A DNA stretch of 52,892 bases. Origin: a virus. Its lineage: Duplodnaviria; Caudoviricetes. The stretch spans positions 1 to 52,892 of IMG/VR virus record IMGVR_UViG_3300003937_000378; one strand, 5' to 3'. The position numbers and the translations under genes were made by a program. Below are positions 35,307-44,670 of this stretch, one piece after another. Within the stretch, counting starts at the first letter, position 1, and every line of letters begins with the position of its first letter. The notes beneath the pieces were generated by a model. It did no database searches, was not told the origin of the DNA, and worked only from the letters and a program-made list of their open reading frames with translations.

Positions 35307-35504
35307 GGGTTCGATGATCGTCCGTTGAATTTGACACCGTCTTGACCGTGCATCACGGGCGGATGGCAAGACGAATTTTCCTGCTAGACAGCTGCAATCG
35401 TATGCTGGCCATGGTCGACCATCAAGCCATTGGAGCGCATTTTTGTAGGCGGGACTTGGCAGCACTCGAGCAGCGAACTCTGGCTGCCTTACTCACCAGA
35501 CGGG

Positions 35505-36266
35505 TCAGTTAAATACCCTTCCGCTGAACTCCTTCCGTCCATCCTCCAGCGCCTGTCGCAGCGTTGCGGCAGCGATCCCGTACACGCGCAGGTAGTCCCC
35601 CTTCCGCATCTTTGCCGCCTTGGCAGCATCCTGCGCGGCGATCTTTCCTTCGGGCCACACCAGGTCGTTCACGGCGTCCTGCAGCACCAGCCTCATGCGC
35701 CAGCGGTCCGCCGGGTCATCCATTCGCAGCGCTGGCTTTGTGCCGTTGCGCCGCTGCCATTGAATCTGCCGCATCACTCGCCTTGCCAGGGAACGCCCCA
35801 GCGACGACAGGGACACCCCCTGCCCGCGCAGCGCCACCGCCAGCACGGCCTGCTTTGCTACCGAATCGCGCATCATGCCGACGGCACCGGCGATGTCGGC
35901 AGATGTCAGCGGCGGCATGGTTGACCGGCCGTCGGTTGGCTCGCGGAAGCTCCCTCCTACCAGCATGCGAGCGATCAGCTCGAGCGGATCTCGCTCCAGG
36001 GTCGGCTCTGGCACCGGCACTCGGCCATGCACCACCCTGGCCGCCGTTGGAGCCGGCATGTAGACCGGTCGGTTCGCCCAGACCCTGCATGCGCGCTCTT
36101 CTGCATCTGCACCAACATGCAGCTCACCGCGCGCAGTGCAGCGCGCGCACACCACCTGCGCGGTTCGGCGGCTACCGGCGCTACCGCGCGCGCGCATGCG
36201 CACGTCGTCGCTGCCGCAGTTGCCGCACGGCGTCAGGTTTCCCGCGGGCGCGGCCACTGCCGACAT
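35505..36266 (-). CDS. Q-like late regulator with N-terminal Lar-like zinc ribbon
   Basis: LTPCGNCGS..VVCARC..A..VWAN; LTSADIAGAVGM; last gene of the early-right operon. Confidence 0.65.
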   Translation of the reverse strand: MSAVAAPAGNLTPCGNCGSDDVRMRARGSAGSRRTAQVVCARCTARGELHVGADAEERACRVWANRPVYMPAPTAARVVHGRVPVPEPTLERDPLELIARMLVGGSFREPTDGRSTMPPLTSADIAGAVGMMRDSVAKQAVLAVALRGQGVSLSSLGRSLARRVMRQIQWQRRNGTKPALRMDDPADRWRMRLVLQDAVNDLVWPEGKIAAQDAAKAAKMRKGDYLRVYGIAAATLRQALEDGRKEFSGRVFN

Positions 36267-36418
36267 CAGGCCACCTCGCAGTTGCTGACCCAGCGGGACC
36301 GACCGTCCTGCCAGACATCCCACAGGCTGCCGTCTACCCGGCACCTGATGGGGCCCTCCTTTCCTTCCAGGTACAGGTGGTGAGTTGCCTCGTCCAGGCT
36401 GGGGAAATTGGGAATCAT
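36266..36418 (-). CDS. small hypothetical protein
   Basis: 50 aa MIPNFPSLDEA..., coupled at both ends, GGAG SD. Confidence 0.65.
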   Translation of the reverse strand: MIPNFPSLDEATHHLYLEGKEGPIRCRVDGSLWDVWQDGRSRWVSNCEVA

Positions 36419-38163
36419 CGGGAGGTCTCCATGGTTGTAACGTTGGTTGTTTCCAGGGCCACGCCCTGCTGTTGAAGGAACTGCTGGGCCAGCGCGCGCA
36501 GCTGGTTCTCGCCTACATCCAGACGCTCCGCCAGGTGTTCTCCCGGGCTGCGCACGCCCTCGATCTGCTCCCGCTTCACCCCGAGCACGTCCGACACGAT
36601 CGGGTCGCTGCCGCTGTCGGAGAGCAGGAAGTACGCCATAACCGGCTCGGTCTGCCCGTCGCGGTGGACGCGGCCGATGCACTGCTCGTGGACACCTGGC
36701 GACCAGTCCAGTTCGCCGAACACCACGGTGCTGCATACGTGCTGCAGCCCGTCTATACCCGCACCCGAGCGGAGGCTGATCAGCATCACCTGGCTAGCGC
36801 CGCTGATGAATGCGTCTTTCGCTGCCTGCTTCTGGCTCGGCGACTCGCTGCCGGTGTACATGACGGGGTTGTACGCAGCGAGCTTCTCCTGCCAGATGCT
36901 GTAGACCTCGCGGTGCCATCCGAACAGCAGCACCTTCTGGCCGCTCTCCAGCAGCAACCTGACGAACTCGGCCACGTAGGGCGCCTTGGCCACGCCGGTC
37001 GCCTGCCGCAGCAGGCGGTCGAATTCGCCGGCGGCCTGCATCTTCTCGCCGCGGTACTGCTCGTTGGCCCGCAGGATGATCCGCGCCAACGCCGCAGCGT
37101 CGCCGGTGATGGCATCCAGTGCTTTGGCGTCGGATTCCACCTCGTGCGGAATCTTCGACAGCGCCGGCAGCTCGCGACCCACTTCCTTGCGGGTGCGGCG
37201 CAGCATGATTCCCTGGCGCCGCAGGTACTGGCCGAACTGCTCTGCGTCCTGCAGCTTGGCCTTCTCCCCGGGCGCGGAGATGCACCATTCCCGGAGGAAC
37301 TCGTCATAGGTGCCCAGGCAGCCCGGCAGCAGCGGGTCGACCACATGGAAGAACTCGCAGCCGTAGTTGTAGATCGGGGTGGCGGTCAGGCCCATGCGGA
37401 GCCGCGCACGGCTGGCCAGGTGGCGGCAAGCGCTGTGGATGCTGCTGTCCGGGCTACGCAGCTGCTGGCATTCCTCGAACACCACGTACTGCGCGATCTC
37501 CGCCAACGTCTCGGCCCAGCCCCGAAGCTTGTGGTAGCTGACCAGGATCACGTCCGGCAGCGTGTCCCACAGATCCTTGATCCTCTGCTTCGGCTGGCGC
37601 ACGAGGGGGTACGGCGCGCTCTTCCTGATGTGGTGCACCCGCAGCTGCGGTGCAAATTCGGCAAGCTTCTCCGGCCAGTGGTTCGGCAGCGCCGCCGGGT
37701 ACACCACCACGGCCGGCAGGTTGCCCGGCGCGGCCATCGGGCAGATGCCGGTGACCGTCTTGCCGAGGCCAAGATCGTCGGCCAGCAGCAGCCCGCCGCG
37801 GATGGACAGCTGCGCCCCCGCCACCCGCTGGTACTCCCGCGGCGGCTTGGCCAAGGTGAACTCTGGAATCTGAACGCGACCGGCCAGCAATTCGCCCAGG
37901 CTGCGCTCCATGTCCACGTGCTCGTCCGCCAGCTGCTGCAGCGCGCGCTGCGTGTCGGCATCCATCGCCAGCGGATAGCGCTGGGTGAACCACTGCAGCT
38001 CCCGGCTGTTCTCTGGCGTGGCAGACAGGTCGATGTGCTCTGCGGCGTGCTGGCGCACACGGGGAAATACGCGCTTCATGCGCGCGCGGACCTGCGGCTC
38101 GCAGATCACCCGCCAGGTACTGCCGGCGGCGCTGTACAGAAGGGTTCCATAGGTCGTCTGCAT
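36415..38163 (-). CDS. SNF2-family helicase/ATPase
   Basis: LLADDLGLGKT, LTATPIYN, LRRTRKEV, QCIGRVHRDGQ. Confidence 0.92.
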   Translation of the reverse strand: MQTTYGTLLYSAAGSTWRVICEPQVRARMKRVFPRVRQHAAEHIDLSATPENSRELQWFTQRYPLAMDADTQRALQQLADEHVDMERSLGELLAGRVQIPEFTLAKPPREYQRVAGAQLSIRGGLLLADDLGLGKTVTGICPMAAPGNLPAVVVYPAALPNHWPEKLAEFAPQLRVHHIRKSAPYPLVRQPKQRIKDLWDTLPDVILVSYHKLRGWAETLAEIAQYVVFEECQQLRSPDSSIHSACRHLASRARLRMGLTATPIYNYGCEFFHVVDPLLPGCLGTYDEFLREWCISAPGEKAKLQDAEQFGQYLRRQGIMLRRTRKEVGRELPALSKIPHEVESDAKALDAITGDAAALARIILRANEQYRGEKMQAAGEFDRLLRQATGVAKAPYVAEFVRLLLESGQKVLLFGWHREVYSIWQEKLAAYNPVMYTGSESPSQKQAAKDAFISGASQVMLISLRSGAGIDGLQHVCSTVVFGELDWSPGVHEQCIGRVHRDGQTEPVMAYFLLSDSGSDPIVSDVLGVKREQIEGVRSPGEHLAERLDVGENQLRALAQQFLQQQGVALETTNVTTMETSR

Positions 38164-38597
38164 TACAGTGCCTGCCTCTTCAGGCGAATGATGTTGAAGG
38201 GTTTCCCCTGCCAGGCCGGCCGGGCTACGAGCGGGCGTTCACCCCAGCGCTCGGTAGTAGCGAGCAGCACGCCGCGCACCTGCGGCAGGCTGATGTAGCG
38301 CCCGACCTGCCGCAGGGCGTCGGCGAGTGAGCCGGCCACCTTCACCTCGATCACCAGGCCGTCCAGCCAGAAGTCCGCGCGGTTGCTGGCATCGAGCCGG
38401 TACTCGCGTACGTGGGCGTGGCCGGCATGGTCAAGGACGGACGACAGAGCCTGGTGCAGCTGCACCTCAGAGCCGTAGCGATACCCGAATCCGGCAAGCA
38501 GCCGACCAATACCCTTCAGCTGCAGCTGCTCTTCCATGGCGGTACCCGGCTTCACCGGTGCCACCTCCCGCTGCATGATGATCGGACCGCCCATCAC
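38163..38597 (-). CDS. PD-(D/E)XK nuclease-like protein
   Basis: REY..RADFWLDGLVIEVK..QVGRY. Confidence 0.8.
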   Translation of the reverse strand: MMGGPIIMQREVAPVKPGTAMEEQLQLKGIGRLLAGFGYRYGSEVQLHQALSSVLDHAGHAHVREYRLDASNRADFWLDGLVIEVKVAGSLADALRQVGRYISLPQVRGVLLATTERWGERPLVARPAWQGKPFNIIRLKRQAL

Positions 38598-38836
38598 TCC
38601 CCCTCCGGCCGCTGTGCGGCCTCAATTGCTTGCCGCATGTCTCTGCGCACCGCTTGGGCCAGACAGGCAAGGCGAGCCGCGCGGGTGAAGGCCTCGGCCA
38701 AAATCTGTTGGGCCTCGTCCTTCAGGTTCCACACGACAAGGCATTCCGGATCATTGCTGCGCACGTCTCGATCCATTGCCGCAACTTCGGCCAGGGCATG
38801 CACTGCGCGGTCCGCAAGGCTCGGATGGTCAGCCAT
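38594..38836 (-). CDS. hypothetical protein
   Basis: 80 aa, coupled to both neighbours. Confidence 0.65.
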   Translation of the reverse strand: MADHPSLADRAVHALAEVAAMDRDVRSNDPECLVVWNLKDEAQQILAEAFTRAARLACLAQAVRRDMRQAIEAAQRPEGE

Positions 38837-39626
38837 GGACCACCTCCGCAGCCAGCTGCAAACCGGTGGCCGCGTCCGCCTGCGCCCAGCTCATCTGCCC
38901 CCGGTCGATGCTCTCCGCCAGCCGCGACAGGCCCTTCGCGGTCACCAGCACCTGCTCGTGTACGCGCTCCTGCTCACCGTCAGTGCGCTGGATGCACGCC
39001 TTGTGCACCAGCACGCCCTGCTGCAGCCGGTTCTGGTACGCCAGCCAGTTCTTGCTGCCCGCGCGGCGGTAGATCCAGCCGTGCTCGGACAGCCAGGCGA
39101 ACAGCTGGCGCGGCTGGACCTGCAGCATCTTGGCGGCGGTGCTGATGTTGAAGGCACCGTCAGCCTGGGTCAGCCTCAGCAGCGCGCGGACCTGCGGTTC
39201 CTGGTACTGCACGCGCGCCTCAAGGATCTCGGCCTTTTCGCTGTAGGACAGCAGCAGCGCGCGCAGCGTCGCCGGATCGGTCAGCGCCTGCATCGGGTCA
39301 GGCGCCGCCGCCCCGGCCGCGAGCGCGTCATAGGCGCGGATCACCTGCAGGCTGAAGCTGGGACTGATCCACATGGCGTAGGCATAGACCAGTTCGCGAA
39401 CCACGTAGCTGCCGCCGTAGCGGCCTGCCACCGAGTGCACTGGGTAAATCCGGGAATCACCGGAGTTGACCAGCTCGGCCACCAGTTCCTCGGTCTGCTT
39501 CAGGCGCTGCCAGTCGCTGGGCTGGTGGCGCTTCGCACCACCAGATGCCTGGTGCAGGTCGTTCAGGCAGAACCTGCCCACGTCGTCGCGGCGCACAGTG
39601 ACCCCGCCAATCATCATTGCGTTCAA
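38829..39626 (-). CDS. antirepressor, KilA-N + KilA-C domains
   Basis: GRFCLNDLHQASG, LVYAYAMWISPSF, AAKMLQ..LFAWL, VTAKG; TTG start with GGAGGT SD. Confidence 0.92.
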   Translation of the reverse strand: MNAMMIGGVTVRRDDVGRFCLNDLHQASGGAKRHQPSDWQRLKQTEELVAELVNSGDSRIYPVHSVAGRYGGSYVVRELVYAYAMWISPSFSLQVIRAYDALAAGAAAPDPMQALTDPATLRALLLSYSEKAEILEARVQYQEPQVRALLRLTQADGAFNISTAAKMLQVQPRQLFAWLSEHGWIYRRAGSKNWLAYQNRLQQGVLVHKACIQRTDGEQERVHEQVLVTAKGLSRLAESIDRGQMSWAQADAATGLQLAAEVVHG

Positions 39627-40135
39627 GAGAACACCTCCGTTTTCCAGCCGCCGCCTGGGGCACGCTGGACTGCCAGGAATCGAAACGGGTACATCTCCGC
39701 GGCCACCTTCACCTTCACGCGGGCGTCTTCCTCCCAAAAGCCCTTCACCTCGTGGGCCTCCAAGTCACCAGCGGCCGTCATCACGAAGAAGTCGATGGTG
39801 AGGTGAGTCTTTTCGGCCAACTTCAGCTTCACGGACTCGAACCGGAACCATGCGATCTCGCCGGCGGCCAGCTGCAGCGCCAGATGCGCGGCATAGGCTT
39901 CTTCGGTCTTGTTCATCTCCCCGGGCACGTGCCGCGGCCTCCCGCGTGCGACCTTGCCGGCGGCGTTTCCGCTGCCAGAGGGCTGACCAGCAGACGGCGG
40001 ACGGTAGGCGCGCGGCGCGGCCGGTGCTGGCCCGGCTGCCGGCGCACTGGCCTGCACGAGGCGGCGCATGCCTTCCGGCATGTCCTGCACGGTTGCGTAG
40101 CGCAGGGAGCGGCTGGATGTCTTCTTCGGCGGCAT
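39623..40135 (-). CDS. DUF1064-like nuclease
   Basis: MNKTEEAY, DFFV, HEVKGFW..DARVKVKVAA..YPF.F. Confidence 0.85.
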   Translation of the reverse strand: MPPKKTSSRSLRYATVQDMPEGMRRLVQASAPAAGPAPAAPRAYRPPSAGQPSGSGNAAGKVARGRPRHVPGEMNKTEEAYAAHLALQLAAGEIAWFRFESVKLKLAEKTHLTIDFFVMTAAGDLEAHEVKGFWEEDARVKVKVAAEMYPFRFLAVQRAPGGGWKTEVFS

Positions 40136-40665
40136 CAGACAGATGCCTCCATAGCGCTCCACACTCGCATTGCGCGCTGCCTGAATGCGTCGAACTCCTG
40201 CCGGGCGCGTTGCTGCGCGGCCTGGTGCTCGCGGTCCATCTGCTCAAGCATGCAGTCGAATTCAACGTTCAGCAGTGCCATCAGCTGTTCCATGGACAAC
40301 CCGCCGCGCGTGCGCTGCCCCGATGGTGGCGCGAGCATTGGCATGGCCAGCTGCTGCTGACCCGAGGGCGGCGCCGGCGCACGCTCCACGCGGCCGGCCA
40401 CGGTCGCAGCCCACGTCGCCACCGGCCGCCCATCGCGGCCGCTGTCGCGGTTCTCGCACCTGCGCACCAGGCCATCACCGTCCAGCTCTCGCAAAAGGCC
40501 AGCCACGGCGGCCGTGCTCAGCAGCATCACCTCGCGTGGCGCGCCGGACTCGAGCGCGGCGTTCCCCATCAGCTCCAAGGCCTCCGCTGCAGTGCTCTCG
40601 CCGTGGATGCCCAAGCAGAACAGCAGCAGCTGCCGCTGGTAGGCGCGGATTTCAGCTGGCTCCAT
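40135..40665 (-). CDS. hypothetical protein, possible winged HTH
   Basis: TAAE..VAGLLRELDGDGLVRR..W pattern. Confidence 0.65.
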   Translation of the reverse strand: MEPAEIRAYQRQLLLFCLGIHGESTAAEALELMGNAALESGAPREVMLLSTAAVAGLLRELDGDGLVRRCENRDSGRDGRPVATWAATVAGRVERAPAPPSGQQQLAMPMLAPPSGQRTRGGLSMEQLMALLNVEFDCMLEQMDREHQAAQQRARQEFDAFRQRAMRVWSAMEASV

Positions 40666-41365
40666 GAGCGCCTCCGAAACCCAGATCCGCCGCGGCCTGC
40701 GCCATAGCGTTGCGCGCGGCGTCGCGGTTGCGCACCACGTGTAGCTCTGGCCTGGGTGCAGGCAATGCAGCCATCGCCTCGGGCACCGCCCCGCCGTCCA
40801 TGACGTGTTTCACCGCCCTCTCATAGGCGTTCACCAACATGCGCTGCTGCTGCGCGCCGCTCTCGGCCGTGGCGTAGGCATGTAGGTCCAGATTCGATCG
40901 CACCAGCACGGTGAACCCGCTATGAGCCTGGCCGGGTCGCATCTGGCCATCAACCTCTGCCAACGACGGCACGCCCAGGCACATGGCCCGGAATTGCCCG
41001 GGGTTCGGTGGCCACTGCAGCGCACTGCGCAGGCAGTTGCCCATACCGTCAGCGACCCGTCGTGGGGTGATGCCAACCAGCACCTGGAGCCACAGTTCAC
41101 CGGCGGTGGTCAGGCTGCCCGCGTTGTTCACTGGGGCTGAGCCGTTCTCACGCACCCACTTCCCCGGAAACATGCCAGCCATCCGTTCCCACACCGTCCA
41201 CAGCATGCTCACCGCGCGCTGGTCCGGCTCAGTGGTGGACGGGCTCGAACTCGACGTCGATGACGTCGCCGCCCGTTCCGCCAAAGCCGCCAACTCCCGC
41301 GCGCTGCTCGAATTGTCGTCGCTGCTCTGTGACCTGATCGGCAGAACCTGGCTGATGGCTTGCAT
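40652..41365 (-). CDS. replication protein P-like (helicase loader)
   Basis: W.RM..MFPGKW, WPPNPGQFRAMC; follows the O-like gene. Confidence 0.75.
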   Translation of the reverse strand: MQAISQVLPIRSQSSDDNSSSARELAALAERAATSSTSSSSPSTTEPDQRAVSMLWTVWERMAGMFPGKWVRENGSAPVNNAGSLTTAGELWLQVLVGITPRRVADGMGNCLRSALQWPPNPGQFRAMCLGVPSLAEVDGQMRPGQAHSGFTVLVRSNLDLHAYATAESGAQQQRMLVNAYERAVKHVMDGGAVPEAMAALPAPRPELHVVRNRDAARNAMAQAAADLGFGGAHGAS

Positions 41366-42230
41366 TGGTGCCTCCGGTGGTATTGGGGATTGCGGGCATT
41401 GCGCCTGCCGCATGGCGATTGCGGGCGGTCTTGATTGCCCAAGGGAACGGGTTCGTGACCGGTGGCGATCGCGCCAGCCCTTCAGCGACCGTGTGCCCCA
41501 GCGTCTCGGGCGTCACGCCCTCCTTCAGGGCGGCCAGCAGGTCGGGGTGGCTCGGGTTGGTGGAATGGCAACCGACCTTGCGCATCAGCAAGCACGCACG
41601 CCCCGCGTCGGTCACGCCTCCCAGAGATCCATGAGTGAGATGTGATGTATCTGGAGTAGTAATGGGGTCTGGGGTCTGGGTACCCGTGTTCACACCTGTG
41701 TTCACACCACCTGTCACACGTGACTCTGCGTGACATGTCACGCGTGACAACTGATCAAATGTCACGCGCTCGTCGCCCGTGACATGCGTGACGTGGAGCG
41801 CCTTCAGCTGTGCCATCGTGACCATGCCTCCCGGCACGACGCCGACGGCGCGCAGGTCTTCGAACAGCATGGTTCTGCGTGCTCGGGTGCGTGCCTGGCG
41901 CTCGGTTTCATTGCTCTTTCGGGCATCGCGGCGGCCTTGGCCCTCGGCAATACGGCCTTGCGCCTTGGCAATTTGCTCATCGCAGCGCTTGCTGTGCCGC
42001 AATCCGTCTTCTGCCACGGGGAAGTAGCGGTCGGCGACCTTCTTGACCGCGGCCTTGTCCGCCGCAGTGATTGCGCCGGCGATGATGTACAGCTCGGCCA
42101 GGCTCTCTGGCAGCGCCTGCTCTTCCGAGTAGTACGCCAGCATCAGCTTGAAGTAGACGCCGTGGTCGGTCAGGGACAGTCGGGTCGTGTCCTTGAGGTA
42201 GTCGCCCGGGAACATCTCGAAGTAGATCAT
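41229..42230 (-). CDS. replication initiator (DUF1376/YdaU, gpO-like)
   Basis: FPGDYLKDTTRLS..HGVY..L...YY..E..LP; internal iterons. Confidence 0.88.
   Translation of the reverse strand: MIYFEMFPGDYLKDTTRLSLTDHGVYFKLMLAYYSEEQALPESLAELYIIAGAITAADKAAVKKVADRYFPVAEDGLRHSKRCDEQIAKAQGRIAEGQGRRDARKSNETERQARTRARRTMLFEDLRAVGVVPGGMVTMAQLKALHVTHVTGDERVTFDQLSRVTCHAESRVTGGVNTGVNTGTQTPDPITTPDTSHLTHGSLGGVTDAGRACLLMRKVGCHSTNPSHPDLLAALKEGVTPETLGHTVAEGLARSPPVTNPFPWAIKTARNRHAAGAMPAIPNTTGGTNASHQPGSADQVTEQRRQFEQRAGVGGFGGTGGDVIDVEFEPVHH
41686..41795. repeat. putative phage replication origin iterons
   Basis: Dense GTCAC/GTGAC direct and inverted repeats (TGTCACACGTGAC, TGTCACGCGTGACA) and GTGTTCACACC x2 inside the initiator gene. 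Confidence 0.78.
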
Positions 42231-42616
42231 CAGGGTTCCCCGGCCCCTTGCTTGCCGCGCGCAGCAGCACCGGAGCTGCCAATCCTGGTCAGCTCATGCT
42301 CGTTGGGCGGCAGCGTCTCCAGCCGGTATGTCTCACCCAGACTGTTGCGCCAGCGATACGCCGTGGCGCGGCTCACGCCGAAGTGCCGGACAATCGCCTC
42401 AACAGTTGGGAAATCGCTGAGCTCGACTGCCCAGCGCATGAACTCCATGACGATCCTGGTGGTGTTGTAGCCGGCAAGGGCGTGCTGCGGCGCGCTGCGC
42501 CGCAGCTTCTTTTCAGACATCGCGGCGGCGACCGGAGCTACGGCCGGCTCTCGCTCGGTCGGAGCGGCGCGAAGCGCAGGGCCACAGCGCAGACCGAGGG
42601 TCGGACTGATGTTCAT
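42230..42616 (-). CDS. HTH DNA-binding protein
   Basis: IVRHFGVSRATAYRW. Confidence 0.8.
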   Translation of the reverse strand: MNISPTLGLRCGPALRAAPTEREPAVAPVAAAMSEKKLRRSAPQHALAGYNTTRIVMEFMRWAVELSDFPTVEAIVRHFGVSRATAYRWRNSLGETYRLETLPPNEHELTRIGSSGAAARGKQGAGEP

Positions 42617-42939
42617 CCTGTCGCCCCCGCATGACCCGATACGGGAACCTCACGCCCCATCGCGGTGCTCAGCTGCCGCAGGCTGGGAAGCCGCCGCCTG
42701 GCGGCCGCCGGGTCGTTGAGGTCCTGCAGCGCTAGCTGCCAGCGATATGCCGTCGCGCGCGAAAGGCCGAATCGCTTCTGGAGCACATCAACGCGCACCG
42801 GCTGCGGCTGCTCTTTGGCCCAGAGGACTACATCCACCATGGGCAGAAGCGGCACCACACTCTCGGGGATGCGACGGCCGGCACTGTCGAATTCACTGAC
42901 CACGGCGATTGCCCAGCTCACCATTGCACCGCCGCTCAT
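42613..42939 (-). CDS. HTH DNA-binding protein
   Basis: LQKRFGLSRATAYRW. Confidence 0.8.
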   Translation of the reverse strand: MSGGAMVSWAIAVVSEFDSAGRRIPESVVPLLPMVDVVLWAKEQPQPVRVDVLQKRFGLSRATAYRWQLALQDLNDPAAARRRLPSLRQLSTAMGREVPVSGHAGATG

Positions 42940-43538
42940 CGCTGCGCACCCTGCACCGCTCGCGGCGCCAGATCCTGCAGGTGACCCGACACGTAGCGCT
43001 TGGCCGTCACCAGTTCCGCCTCGAGCTGACCGATCTCGTCCAGCGCGCGGCGCAGCTCAGGTATGTCCTTCGGGCAGATGCGGCCGTCGGCCAGGACGTT
43101 GGTGATCGCTTCGAGCGTGTGACCGAACTCCACCGACAGGCGGGCGACAGCCAGCACGCCGGCATGCGGCTCCATCATCGGAATACGGGCACCGAGAAAG
43201 CCATAGCGCTGGGCTAGCTCGCGCGAGCAGGCGTCGCGCCAGTGCGGCGGCAGCGCACGAACCCACGACTCTTCCAGGTCAACAGGCATCTTGACTGTGC
43301 CATTGCGGATGCGGGCAATGAGCTGGCCGTTGGACTTCAGCGCTTTTTCGGTGCTGTCGGCGTCTACACCGACATGGAAGTGCAGGATGCGCTCGGCTGG
43401 CGCTACGTCCGCCATGTACTGCTCGGCGATCGCCTGGGCGAGGCTGCTGTCGGTGTGGCCGCTGTTGCGGATGGCGTCGGTCGTGTGCCGGAACACCACC
43501 GCAGAGCGCGGCTCGTGGTACTGAGGATCAGGCTTCAT
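42936..43538 (-). CDS. CII-like regulator
   Basis: Position after cro; C-terminal LADGRI...ELRRALDEI. Confidence 0.6.
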   Translation of the reverse strand: MKPDPQYHEPRSAVVFRHTTDAIRNSGHTDSSLAQAIAEQYMADVAPAERILHFHVGVDADSTEKALKSNGQLIARIRNGTVKMPVDLEESWVRALPPHWRDACSRELAQRYGFLGARIPMMEPHAGVLAVARLSVEFGHTLEAITNVLADGRICPKDIPELRRALDEIGQLEAELVTAKRYVSGHLQDLAPRAVQGAQR

Positions 43539-43646
43539 TTACGCACCTCGGGAGGCGATGCAAAGTGGCCGCCATGGACAGGGCGACCGAATTTCAGGGA
43601 TTGGGTGGCTTGGGGATCGCGGCTCAGCGGTCTGGCGGGAACGCGG

Positions 43647-43889
43647 TCACACCGCGTCGACCGGCACGATCCGGTCAGCGTCCGGGTCGTTTTCCGGAGG
43701 TCGCTCAAGCGCTTGGAAGTGGGCTGGCATCAGCACGAAGCGCAGCTTCAGCGCCCAAAGATCGTCGATCTGGCCATCGGGCCACTGATAGACAGCCGAC
43801 GGCGTGATTCCGAGAGCGCGTGCGAGCGCGGCGGCATTGCCGTCGTAAGCGGCAATGGCTTCTTCCTTGGTGATCCGGGGCATGTTCAT
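43647..43889 (-). CDS. cro: Cro-like repressor
   Basis: KEEAIAAYDGNAAALARALGITPSAVYQW, divergent from cI. Confidence 0.9.
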   Translation of the reverse strand: MNMPRITKEEAIAAYDGNAAALARALGITPSAVYQWPDGQIDDLWALKLRFVLMPAHFQALERPPENDPDADRIVPVDAV

Positions 43890-43900
43890 GCCGCCCATAT

Positions 43901-43958
43901 AAGCACGCTTTCATTGCCAGTGCAAGCACGCTTACTTAACGGACTAATAAGCTCGCTA
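43901..43958. promoter_or_regulatory. right operators OR1-3
   Basis: AAGCACGCTT at 43901 and 43924; AAGCTCGCTA at 43949. Confidence 0.85.
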
Positions 43959-43960
43959 AC

Positions 43961-44668
43961 ATGACTACAGCCCTCGCTACCCGCCTGAAGCGCGCACGAA
44001 CTGAGTGCGGCATTACCGAACCCGCTGATGCCGCGCGTCGTGCTGGCATCACCGCATCAGCTCTGTACCAGCTGGAGGACGGCAAGACGAAGTCGCTCAG
44101 CGGCGAGACGGCGGTGAAGCTGGCCCGTGTCTACAAGCCTTTTCGGGTCGAATGGCTGATCACTGGTGAGCTCCCTGAGCGCTGGGACGAGTCTCATGGG
44201 TCCTCGATATCAGACGGTGAGACACCCGCTGGCTATGTTCGCCTTCGAGTAATGGAAGGCGAGGCTTCAGGGGGCTTTGGCGCAATGAATCAGGATTACC
44301 CGGATGTGGTCCGGGAGCTCGACATCGCGGAGTGGCAGGTTCGCCAACAGCTGGGCTTCGTGCCCGAGGGTGACCGCGTGCGCCTGGTGACCGTGCGCGG
44401 GGACTCGATGTATCCCGACATCAAGAATGGCGACGTGGTGTTCGTGGACGTCGCCAAGGACTACTTCGACGGCGATGGCCTGTATCTGATCAATCTGCAT
44501 GGGCTGACCTACGTCAAACGCCTGCAGCTGCTGCGGGATGGCCTGCACGTCATCAGCACCAACCGGAAGTACCTCAGCGAGGTAGTTCCTCCCCACGAGG
44601 CTGATCAGCTGCACGTGGGTGGCAAGATTTTGGGCCTGGCGCTGCTGCGCAGCGCGCAGGAAGTCTGA
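43961..44668 (+). CDS. cI: CI repressor (HTH + S24 autopeptidase)
   Basis: Xre HTH, SGG cleavage region, RGDSMYP, YVKRL. Confidence 0.95.
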   Translation: MTTALATRLKRARTECGITEPADAARRAGITASALYQLEDGKTKSLSGETAVKLARVYKPFRVEWLITGELPERWDESHGSSISDGETPAGYVRLRVMEGEASGGFGAMNQDYPDVVRELDIAEWQVRQQLGFVPEGDRVRLVTVRGDSMYPDIKNGDVVFVDVAKDYFDGDGLYLINLHGLTYVKRLQLLRDGLHVISTNRKYLSEVVPPHEADQLHVGGKILGLALLRSAQEV

Positions 44669-44670
44669 CG

